DNA of 20,000 bases from an uncultured virus (IMG/VR IMGVR_UViG_3300050035_000427). Lineage: Duplodnaviria > Heunggongvirae > Uroviricota > Caudoviricetes. A model generated the notes under the pieces. It worked only from the letters and a program-made list of their open reading frames with translations. It had not been told where the DNA came from and made no database searches. Shown piece after piece: positions 1-6,575 of this stretch. The translations under genes were made by a program, and so were the position numbers. Positions within the stretch are counted from its first letter, which is position 1. The number at the start of each line of letters is the position of its first letter. Where the stretch lies: IMG/VR virus record IMGVR_UViG_3300050035_000427, one strand, 5' to 3'.

Positions 1-2
1 CG

Positions 3-1946
3 TCAATCTGTGCAAGAGTGAATGCAACAAAGTACATCAAGCAGACGACTGCTGTGAACATTGATCCCTGGAATTCAACATGTGGATCTACTGGAGGAAC
101 CTTTGGGATTCTCTGGTGCACTGGAGGCACGGATTATCAGCCCTCGTCTTCGTCGAGCAGCTATGTCTCGGCGGAAACTCTGGACAACACGGCTGTACAG
201 AATGCACTGAACTCTTGTCCCAGTGGTCAGGGAGTTGAATTGATCCCGGGCACAAGTGGTCAAAATGCTTTCGTCCTCGCGCCGTTCAGCATCGTAAACA
301 GTTCTGGAGCAGGAGTAAATCTCATTGTTGATGCAGGCATTCACGTGTTTGCCTCGCGCAATCTGTCTGACTACGGTGGCACCAACTGTGGACTGACAAC
401 TAACTCTACCAGTGATTGCAATCACTGGATCACTTCGCCCAGCACGACTGGCGCTGGCATCTATGGCTATGGAGTGCTTGATGGACGTGGATGGTCTGCT
501 TACATCGGGCAAACAACTCATGGATTCTATGCCAATCGCATTCTAGCCTACTGTGATGCTCATGGTGGAGCCATAGCTGGATCTCCCGGTTGCCCGAACA
601 CAACTTCTGGTGTGAACTCTTACGGGCCAAACGGGATCAATCTGATTGGCACAACCAATTTCACCATGTACAAGATCTCATTGTGGAACAGTGGAAACTT
701 CCTTATTAACTGGCAGAGTGGCAATGGGTTCACTGCCTGGGATGTGAAGCTGATCGCTCCGTTCGAAGTTTCGAATACGGATGGTTGGGATCCTCTCAAC
801 TCGACTAATGGTACGTTCACTCACAGCTTCATAAGTGTTGGTGATAACCATATGGCTGTGAAAGCAACATCAGGAGCTTCCTCCAACATCACGTTCTCAA
901 ATTCGCAAACCGGCGCTGGAATTGGAGTGGCAATTGGCACGAATGCTACAAACGGGATATCCAACGTCCTGGTAGATACTTTGGTGCAAAATGGAAATCT
1001 CTACAGCACTCAGAGCGCAGGAATAATGATTGGATCGAGCACCGCAGACGGTGGCCTTGTCAACAAAGTGACCTATCGGAACGTCTGCATGGTGAACGAG
1101 TACAACTCGATTCGTTTATACACCAACTATGGCGGTAACACTGGGTCAAATATTCCTGTCTATCAAAACATCCTGCTGCGTAACATCACTGTGTTGCCCA
1201 GTACTGCTCCCTACACCACAGGCAACTCAGGCAGATATACCTTCCAGGGATTAAGTGGACATCCAATAATTGCCCAAATCGACAACTTGCACATCCTGGG
1301 TACAAATCAAGGTGTCGCTGCTCAGTCAGGAGTAACGACTGATCAGTACTCGGCCATATACCTTGGTCCTGGGACGGTCGATTCCACGCTTCTAACCCAG
1401 TTTTCTGGTGGTACAGGAGTCACTACCTCTGGATCCACCACTTCCACTACGCAGTACGCTTGCACCAGCACAACCTGGCAGCCACTGATTGGCGAATTGA
1501 ACATCAAGACTTCGGTTTCCAACAACAATCAAACAGCGACTGTGATAGCCTTGGCTCCGTTCACCCTACAGGCCGTCCTACAGCCATCGACAGCAATCAG
1601 CACAAAGGAATCTCCGGCTCTCACAGCCTCAGTGAATTTCTATGACAATTGTTTCACAACTCCGACAAGTTGTTCACCAATCGGAACTGTTGCGCTTTCA
1701 GGAGATGGGACATATGCTGCCTATACTCTATCCAGCGGAACTTCACTGGGAACTCACAACTACATAGCTTATTATCCAGGAGATTCGAATTATCCAGCAT
1801 ACACATTTGGATCAGTCACGGTCACTGCAGTAACAGCGCCACCTGCTGCAAAGTCGTATGCACCCATTGTGATTGGTGAATTGGTGACCCCGGCAGGTTT
1901 CGAACCTGCGACCCTCTGCTTAGAAGGCAGATGCTCTATCCACTGA
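3..1946 (+). CDS. GH28 polygalacturonase-like beta-helix protein with C-terminal Ig-like domain (probably 5'-partial; possible virion depolymerase)
   Basis: Motifs NTDGWDP and GDNHMAVK match GH28 NTD/GDD. Beta-helix repeats are present. The C-terminal YIAYYPGDSNYP is typical of bacterial Ig-like group 3 domains. The frame is open to the window start. The last ~21 codons run antisense through tRNA-Arg. Confidence 0.75.
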   Translation, partial: SICARVNATKYIKQTTAVNIDPWNSTCGSTGGTFGILWCTGGTDYQPSSSSSSYVSAETLDNTAVQNALNSCPSGQGVELIPGTSGQNAFVLAPFSIVNSSGAGVNLIVDAGIHVFASRNLSDYGGTNCGLTTNSTSDCNHWITSPSTTGAGIYGYGVLDGRGWSAYIGQTTHGFYANRILAYCDAHGGAIAGSPGCPNTTSGVNSYGPNGINLIGTTNFTMYKISLWNSGNFLINWQSGNGFTAWDVKLIAPFEVSNTDGWDPLNSTNGTFTHSFISVGDNHMAVKATSGASSNITFSNSQTGAGIGVAIGTNATNGISNVLVDTLVQNGNLYSTQSAGIMIGSSTADGGLVNKVTYRNVCMVNEYNSIRLYTNYGGNTGSNIPVYQNILLRNITVLPSTAPYTTGNSGRYTFQGLSGHPIIAQIDNLHILGTNQGVAAQSGVTTDQYSAIYLGPGTVDSTLLTQFSGGTGVTTSGSTTSTTQYACTSTTWQPLIGELNIKTSVSNNNQTATVIALAPFTLQAVLQPSTAISTKESPALTASVNFYDNCFTTPTSCSPIGTVALSGDGTYAAYTLSSGTSLGTHNYIAYYPGDSNYPAYTFGSVTVTAVTAPPAAKSYAPIVIGELVTPAGFEPATLCLEGRCSIH

Positions 1947-1957
1947 GCTACGAGGCC
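1882..1957 (-). tRNA. tRNA-Arg(UCU)
   Basis: Reverse complement GGCCTCGTAGCTCAGTGGATAGAGCATCTGCC-TTCTAA-GCAGAGGGTCGCAGGTTCGAAACCTGCCGGGGTCACCA folds as a full cloverleaf with encoded CCA. Confidence 0.96.
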
Positions 1958-2187
1958 ACGACTTCTTCAGGTAATGGATCGCGGCAATACTGCCTTAGAT
2001 TCCGATCACAAGACCCGATGCTCTTGTAATTTATCCTACCCTCTCGCAGTGTCATGTGATTGCAATCACTGGGAGTGTCCTCATTCTCGAGACATTCATC
2101 TTCCCAGTAGCACACTGGACAGATTTCATACACATGACGCACGTCTTCGAGAGTGTGATTACCGCAACAAGGACAAGGAAATAGCAT
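1948..2187 (-). CDS. CPCC-family cysteine-rich protein
   Basis: CPCCG...EICPVCYWED motif. The stop codon lies inside the 5' end of tRNA-Arg(UCU). Confidence 0.85.
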   Translation of the reverse strand: MLFPCPCCGNHTLEDVRHVYEICPVCYWEDECLENEDTPSDCNHMTLREGRINYKSIGSCDRNLRQYCRDPLPEEVVAS

Positions 2188-2200
2188 GTCTCACCAAACT

Positions 2201-2277
2201 TGGTGACCGTGGAGGGGATTGAACCCCCGACCTGCGGTTTAGGAAACCACCGCTCTATCCAACTGAGCTACACGGTC
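2201..2277 (-). tRNA. tRNA-Arg(CCU)
   Basis: Cloverleaf with GACCGTG/CACGGTC acceptor, anticodon loop TT-CCT-AA and CCA end. Confidence 0.95.
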
Positions 2278-2438
2278 ATGCCTAACTTCTCTTTCAGGTA
2301 CTCTCTCATCTGATACACTTCGTTCGGCTTGCACCAGATGTACACCGGACCCGTTGGTGCGGGTATAAGGCTCTCAGCAAATGCTCTTTGGAGCATCTCC
2401 AACGTGATATCTCCCGCATTGGATTGTTTCAGTTCCAT
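2268..2438 (-). CDS. Hypothetical protein (56 aa, MELKQSNAG...)
   Basis: ORF between two tRNAs. The ATG at 2438 was chosen because the longer ORF would read through tRNA-Lys. The stop lies inside tRNA-Arg(CCU). Confidence 0.55.
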   Translation of the reverse strand: MELKQSNAGDITLEMLQRAFAESLIPAPTGPVYIWCKPNEVYQMREYLKEKLGMTV

Positions 2439-2446
2439 GGATGTTA

Positions 2447-2522
2447 TGGTGCGCCCGAAGGGACTCGAACCCCCAACCAACTGGTTAAAAGCCAGATGCT
2501 CTGACCATTGAGCTACGAGCGC
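2447..2522 (-). tRNA. tRNA-Lys(UUU)
   Basis: Cloverleaf with anticodon loop CT-TTT-AA, GGTTCGAGTCC T-arm and CCA. Confidence 0.96.
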
Positions 2523-2590
2523 ACAGTGCGTTTGCCAGGCTCGTCTGAAGGTTTTCGCATTGTGACACTCCTCTCTCAAAACTGATCTTA

Positions 2591-2634
2591 GAACCGGATC
2601 AGGGATTCCGGCAGGTTGTTAGCTGATCCGGTTC
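2591..2634. repeat. 12-bp perfect inverted repeat (GAACCGGATCAG / CTGATCCGGTTC) with 20-nt loop
   Basis: Arms read directly at 2591-2602 and 2623-2634. Confidence 0.7.
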
Positions 2635-2772
2635 CTCGATTGATCAGGAGCGTTGAACTAGGTTTACCGAACTAGACGATCCGGATTACATGAGCACGGA
2701 GTGCTCGATGCGCGAATAGCCTCATCCTCTGTCTGAACCTCTACCTGAACAACTCTCCTGAACCTCTAAACT

Positions 2773-2821
2773 TGGGGCCGAATCGCCTCGTGCACAGACG
2801 ATATCTACCTCCGACTCGGCC
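2773..2821 (-). ncRNA. 49-nt mini-tRNA-like RNA with His identity elements
   Basis: GGCCGAGUCG/CGAUUCGGCC stem directly followed by CCA (G-1:C73-like). Inner hairpin UCGU-CUGUGC-ACGA. Same CCA-AGTTT trailer as neighbouring tRNAs. Confidence 0.5.
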
Positions 2822-2834
2822 AACATCGGTCATC

Positions 2835-3365
2835 TCAATAGAACAGGTACTTCTTCCACTTTTCCATGCCGGCACCCATAGAACGAATCAGGTTCCGGTT
2901 GGTGTGAATGGTCAATGGACGAGGGTAGCGAATCAGTTTCATGTCCTTGATATCGCTCAGATCCCTGTCGCCCTTCTTCTGGTTGCAAGCCTGACAAGCC
3001 GTGACCAGGTTCTCCCAGCAGTTCCTTCCACCCTTGGACTTCGGTACAACGTGGTCCCAGGTGAGATTCTTTGCTGAGAACTGAACACCGCAGTACTGGC
3101 AGGTGTAACCGTCGCGAAGGTAGATGTTCCGTCTGCTCAACTCCTGCTGACGGTGTGGCACCTTCCGGTACTTCACCAGCCTGACTACGCAAGGAAGAAA
3201 GAATCCTGGACGAACCAAGAGGTCATACTCTTCCTCAGACTTGGCAACTCCCTTGATTACCATGCACAGTGCCCGCTGAGCACTCGCATAGCGCAGCGGC
3301 TCGTAACTGGCATTCAGTACGAGAACCGGAGTCGACTTGATGAGAGTGTTGGTTGCGGACAACAT
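2835..3365 (-). CDS. HNH endonuclease (VLVLNASYEPL family)
   Basis: RDGYTCQYCG...DHVVPKSKGG...WENLVTACQACNQKKG motifs, with upstream SD AAGGA. Confidence 0.92.
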   Translation of the reverse strand: MLSATNTLIKSTPVLVLNASYEPLRYASAQRALCMVIKGVAKSEEEYDLLVRPGFFLPCVVRLVKYRKVPHRQQELSRRNIYLRDGYTCQYCGVQFSAKNLTWDHVVPKSKGGRNCWENLVTACQACNQKKGDRDLSDIKDMKLIRYPRPLTIHTNRNLIRSMGAGMEKWKKYLFY

Positions 3366-3387
3366 GGTGGTTTCCTTTCTTGAAAAA

Positions 3388-3421
3388 TGGTGGAGGATCG
3401 GTCCGGAATGACTTCACCCCC
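3388..3421 (-). ncRNA. 34-nt Ala-type (G3:U70) minihelix resembling fused tmRNA termini
   Basis: GGGGGUGAAGUCAUUCCGGACCGAUCCUCCACCA: G1-C72, G2-C71, G3-U70, G4-C69, G5-C68, then A73-CCA and a U-rich trailer. Confidence 0.45.
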
Positions 3422-3425
3422 AAGT

Positions 3426-4052
3426 TCAGGCTGCCGACTTGATAGAGTCTAAAATTCTCACACATCTGGTCAAGTACCTGCTTCCTGAAGAATCACTCAA
3501 TCCGACTTTTCTTAATGCTTGAGAAACAGTTTCAGACGTTCTTAGAGCTTCAAGCAACTGTTCATCTGAAATTCTTCCTTCGCTACTTCTACCCACTTTG
3601 TTTCCGCAATAGGTGGGCAACTGACTGTCACAATTGGGACAAATACCTCTGAAGTTACTGCGAGAATTGTTGGATCGCACACCATCTATGTGATCTAGCC
3701 GAAGAGATATGGGTTTTCCATTCCACTCGTCAATCCCACAGATTAAGCACTTTCCTCCTTGTTCCCTTACAACCCTTTCCTTCTTACTGCCATACCCTAG
3801 ATCTTCAAAGGGAGTAGCAGCTGATCTGGCGAGTATCTTGGCAGCCCGTTTCTTTATCGCCTCTGCTGACTGAGAATTTTCTCGAAAGGTGACGTACTTT
3901 TCATGATGTTCGGAGTACGCCTTCCTGCTCTTCTCACTCCTGCTCCGATTTACCTCCGGAGTCCAGGTCCTTGAATGACTACATTTGGAAGAGCAGAAAT
4001 TTCCTTCTCCGTATGAGCCATCATGTTCCTTACCACACTTCTTGCAGATCAT
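3426..4052 (-). CDS. Free-standing HNH homing endonuclease with N-terminal Cys cluster
   Basis: CKKC...FCSSKC N-terminus and CLICG...LDHIDG...NNSRSNFRGICPNC. SD AAGGAG. Lies directly 3' of tRNA-Met. Confidence 0.88.
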   Translation of the reverse strand: MICKKCGKEHDGSYGEGNFCSSKCSHSRTWTPEVNRSRSEKSRKAYSEHHEKYVTFRENSQSAEAIKKRAAKILARSAATPFEDLGYGSKKERVVREQGGKCLICGIDEWNGKPISLRLDHIDGVRSNNSRSNFRGICPNCDSQLPTYCGNKVGRSSEGRISDEQLLEALRTSETVSQALRKVGLSDSSGSRYLTRCVRILDSIKSAA

Positions 4053-4093
4053 TCTAAGGGACTCCTTATACTAAAGAATCCCCTAGTTCAAAT

Positions 4094-4171
4094 TGGTCGC
4101 AGTGAAGGGATTTGAACCCCCGACATCTTTCTTATGAGGAAAGCGTTCTCACCAGGCTGAACTACACTGCG
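4094..4171 (-). tRNA. tRNA-Met(CAU), elongator-type
   Basis: Cloverleaf CGCAGTG/CACTGCG with loop CT-CAT-AA. C1:G72 is paired and there is no GGG/CCC anticodon stem, so it is not an initiator. Confidence 0.9.
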
Positions 4172-4206
4172 ATTTATTCTTCGAACTACACTGCGATTTA
4201 TTCTTC
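4159..4206. repeat. 24-bp perfect tandem duplication (GAACTACACTGCGATTTATTCTTC x2) spanning the tRNA-Met 5' end
   Basis: Copies at 4159-4182 and 4183-4206. Confidence 0.9.
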
Positions 4207-4207
4207 G

Positions 4208-4538
4208 TCATTTCCGTTCATCAAGTTTCTCCTGGTGGCATTCCAAACACTTCTGCTTGAGAGGCCACTCGTTGTTACACGTCGTGACCTCTGTTGAGTT
4301 GCATGAAGGACAGTGAATCGAGGCCTTATCCAGCCATGCGAGCAGTTCCTGAAACTTCCTGTCGTCCTGCATATTCGGCCTTGATGTACTCAACTTCCTT
4401 GCTGTTGCAACTCTCGAGCTTCCGCCCGACCTTCCAATCCTTCTTGCGCTGCTCGATGACAAACTGAGTCCAAGTGTAAGAAGACGAGTAACTCGACTTC
4501 TCCTCGTAGCAGCGGAACCAAAGACCGTTGAAGTTCAA
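4208..4538 (-). pseudogene. Hypothetical CxxC/CxxC protein, possibly split by a frameshift near 4372 (or two small genes)
   Basis: ORF 4326-4538 reads plausibly to ...YIKAE. It appears to continue in another frame as MQDDRKFQELL...CPSC...CLEC. Confidence 0.35.
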
Positions 4539-4541
4539 ATA

Positions 4542-4817
4542 CTATCCGTCATACCACGAACGAGGGACCTCCCCACCTGGGAGACTTACCTGCAGTTCTT
4601 GACAGATGAACCTTGCAACATCTTCCGGATGGACTTCTCCGTCGCTCGTCTTCTTCCAGCGACCCCGGTCGATGTTGTCTTGTGACAAACCCATCAACTC
4701 ACTCAAATCCTTGTGATGCATCCGACCATCCGGAAATCTCACGAACAAGTCGGCCTTGCCAATCTTGAAGAGGAACGTCACTCCTCGAACTACGATCCTA
4801 CGCATGCGGGACTTCAT
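4542..4817 (-). CDS. Hypothetical protein (91 aa)
   Basis: ORF with SD AAAGG, co-oriented with the operon. Confidence 0.65.
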   Translation of the reverse strand: MKSRMRRIVVRGVTFLFKIGKADLFVRFPDGRMHHKDLSELMGLSQDNIDRGRWKKTSDGEVHPEDVARFICQELQVSLPGGEVPRSWYDG

Positions 4818-4971
4818 GAGGACCTTTCAGTGTCTTTTCCATCCTGGAGAAGCACCCTTCGAGTTGAATCAACGCCACGACACCAACTACAGCCAGACTG
4901 ACAAACATCCCCACTAAACATCCGAACAGAAAGGCAAGATGCACCAGAGCGGAAATCTCATCAGGGTTCAT
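4798..4971 (-). CDS. Small membrane protein (57 aa, MNPDEISALVHLAFLFGCLVGMFVSLAVVGVVALIQ...)
   Basis: Translated by hand (not in the ORF track). One hydrophobic segment; overlaps the next start. Confidence 0.55.
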   Translation of the reverse strand: MNPDEISALVHLAFLFGCLVGMFVSLAVVGVVALIQLEGCFSRMEKTLKGPHEVPHA

Positions 4972-5121
4972 GCCATTCTGATACTGCGTTTCGCTTCTCC
5001 AGCGAACTTTTACCTGCTGCGAGAGAGAGACGGACGGTTGTCGATACGTTTCAACCCACGCTCAAAAGAGCGACATTTGATCGAGGCCAGGTGCCGGTTG
5101 ACAATCCACCACGTGCCTCTT

Positions 5122-5180
5122 CCCAGGATAGACGCGCCTCTCCGATCAGGACTGTTCCGACCACCGGAGACTACCCTAGA
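5122..5180 (-). ncRNA. Two-stem hairpin within the RNA operon
   Basis: CUAGGGUAG/CUAUCCUGG and UCUCCGGU/AUCGGAGA stems. The G-U pairs work on the minus strand. Confidence 0.35.
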
Positions 5181-5188
5181 CTAAACTT

Positions 5189-5596
5189 TCACCACTCGAA
5201 GTCCTTTGCAAGATGAACATTCTTCACCTGCATATTCTTCGTCGGAGTAAATCTAAGTGTCACAGTTCCGCCTCCTTGAAATTGTTGGATCGGTAACCAG
5301 TAGCACTTTTCTGTAGCGGGCAAGTAAGCAACTACCACATCAATCTCTTCAGACGTGTACTTCTTCTTGTATCCGCTATTTCGGCATTCAGCCGATAGAC
5401 CCACTTCAACAGAATCCTTCGTCAAGCTACAGCTGCAATACTTCACTTGAACCCTGAGAAGTTCCTTTCCGTTGTCGACCACCAAGTCGTACCTGGCGTC
5501 TACAGAAGGAACGCTCACAATCCATCCCAACTCGGTGGCTCGGAGCATGACTTTCAGCTTTCCGATCTCACCCTTTTGATGAGTGCTTGCTAGCAT
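5189..5596 (-). CDS. PD-(D/E)XK endonuclease, group I intron-associated (I-Ssp6803I-like) family, free-standing
   Basis: HQKGEIG...SVP...RYDLVVD...RVQVK...Y...EID motif pattern, adjacent to tRNA-Lys. Confidence 0.88.
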   Translation of the reverse strand: MLASTHQKGEIGKLKVMLRATELGWIVSVPSVDARYDLVVDNGKELLRVQVKYCSCSLTKDSVEVGLSAECRNSGYKKKYTSEEIDVVVAYLPATEKCYWLPIQQFQGGGTVTLRFTPTKNMQVKNVHLAKDFEW

Positions 5597-5618
5597 ATCT
5601 CATCAATACTCAAAACTT

Positions 5619-5694
5619 TGGTGCGAGCGGAGGGGATCGAACCCCCGACGTCCCGGTTAAGAGCCGGTTACTCTACCAACTGAGTTACGCTCGC
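5619..5694 (-). tRNA. tRNA-Lys(CUU)
   Basis: Cloverleaf GCGAGCG/CGCTCGC with loop CT-CTT-AA and CCA. Confidence 0.96.
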
Positions 5695-5707
5695 ACATCT
5701 ACAAAAA

Positions 5708-5788
5708 GGCTCTCCGGGGAGGTGGGCCATCCCTCCATACACTCCTCGCGAAAGAGAGTGTGTCTTGCCACTATGAAACGACCGGAAA
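5708..5788 (-). ncRNA. Degenerate tRNA-Glu(UUC)-like RNA
   Basis: Acceptor UUUCCGG/CCGGAGA + G-CC(U). D-arm with AGUGG. Extended anticodon arm ACACUC/GAGUGU around CUUUCGC. T-stem GGAGG/CCUCC with a non-canonical 9-nt loop. Confidence 0.55.
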
Positions 5789-5798
5789 CTTACAAATT

Positions 5799-5976
5799 CA
5801 ACGCCGGTGCTCTATCCAGGCTGAGCTACCACCAAGCGAATGGACCGTTCCGCCGACCTTGATTCCCCTCTAGAAAAGGAATCCTGGGACTCTTAGGGCA
5901 TGGTCACTTGCTCTGTCTAAACGGGTGGGTTGGATTCGGACCAACGACCACCGGCTGCTTGTTGGGCGGAATGATC
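5799..5976 (-). ncRNA. Circularly permuted tRNA-like RNA (T-arm, acceptor stem closed by a 90-nt insert, D-arm), YrlA/Y-RNA-like architecture
   Basis: The tRNA 3' half (GCCGGUGGUCGUUGGUCCGAAUCCAACCCACC, 5955-5924) precedes the 5' half (GGUGGUAGCUCAGCCUGGAUAGAGCACCGGC, 5833-5803). GCCGGU/ACCGGC and CCACC/GGUGG pair. Confidence 0.75.
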
Positions 5977-5989
5977 ACACCCGAATCTT

Positions 5990-6064
5990 TGGCTCCTGAG
6001 GAGGGATTCGAACCCACAACCATTCGGTTAACAGCCGAACGCTCTGCCGTTGAGCTACCCAGGA
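5990..6064 (-). tRNA. tRNA-Asn(GUU)
   Basis: Cloverleaf with loop CT-GTT-AA and G73-CCA. Confidence 0.96.
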
Positions 6065-6071
6065 ACACTTG

Positions 6072-6266
6072 TTATACTGCAACTTCCTCAATCTCGATCT
6101 GAACCTTCTTGCTGCTCATCACTTCGTCAGCAACACCGAAGGCAACCTCATAATCCTCAAATCTGGTTGCCTCGTAGCGATATCCAAACCTCAAAGTGCG
6201 GGTGATCGCAGCATCGTCTGAGATGACATAGTTCGATGTATTCGGTACTCTCAAGATGTGCTGCAT
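6072..6266 (-). CDS. Hypothetical protein (64 aa)
   Basis: ORF with SD-like GGTAAGG, between tRNAs. Confidence 0.6.
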   Translation of the reverse strand: MQHILRVPNTSNYVISDDAAITRTLRFGYRYEATRFEDYEVAFGVADEVMSSKKVQIEIEEVAV

Positions 6267-6312
6267 GACCTTACCCTCTACTCCGATTTATGAGATCGGG
6301 TACTGCTGAATT

Positions 6313-6388
6313 TGGGGAGTCTAGAGGGATTCGAACCCTCGACTACTGGTGCCACAGACCAGCGTTCTACCGCTGAACTACAGACTCC
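6313..6388 (-). tRNA. tRNA-His(GUG)
   Basis: Cloverleaf with encoded G-1:C73, loop CT-GTG-GC and CCA. Confidence 0.96.
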
Positions 6389-6399
6389 ATGAAATTGTT

Positions 6400-6473
6400 T
6401 GGCTGCCTCTGTAGGATTCGAACCTACATATCCTGGTCCAGAGCCAAGTGTCCTGCCATTGAACGAAAAGGCA
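6400..6473 (-). tRNA. tRNA-Gln(CUG)
   Basis: Cloverleaf with U1-A72, loop CT-CTG-GA and G73-CCA. Confidence 0.95.
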
Positions 6474-6494
6474 ACATGTGAAACCGAACTTGTT

Positions 6495-6573
6495 GGGCAG
6501 GAACGGTGGGAATCCATTGACCTCCTGGTTGGAGCCAGAAGGCGTGGAAACCCATTCTTCCGCTGAACTGCCC
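6495..6573 (-). ncRNA. ~80-nt rod-like hairpin RNA with apical CUCCAA loop
   Basis: Successive stems GGGCAG/CUGCCC, GCGG/CCGU, UGGG/CCCA, UCCA/UGGA and CCUUCUGG/CCAGGAGG. Confidence 0.5.
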
Positions 6574-6575
6574 GA

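Noticed and set aside
2733..2768. CTGAACCTCTA short repeats
   Set aside because: Too short and irregular to be an array, and no function can be supported.
5799..5981. Group I/II intron interrupting a tRNA (GUGUG near the 5' end)
   Set aside because: The halves are in permuted order, the insert is only 90 nt, and there is no P7 core or domain V.
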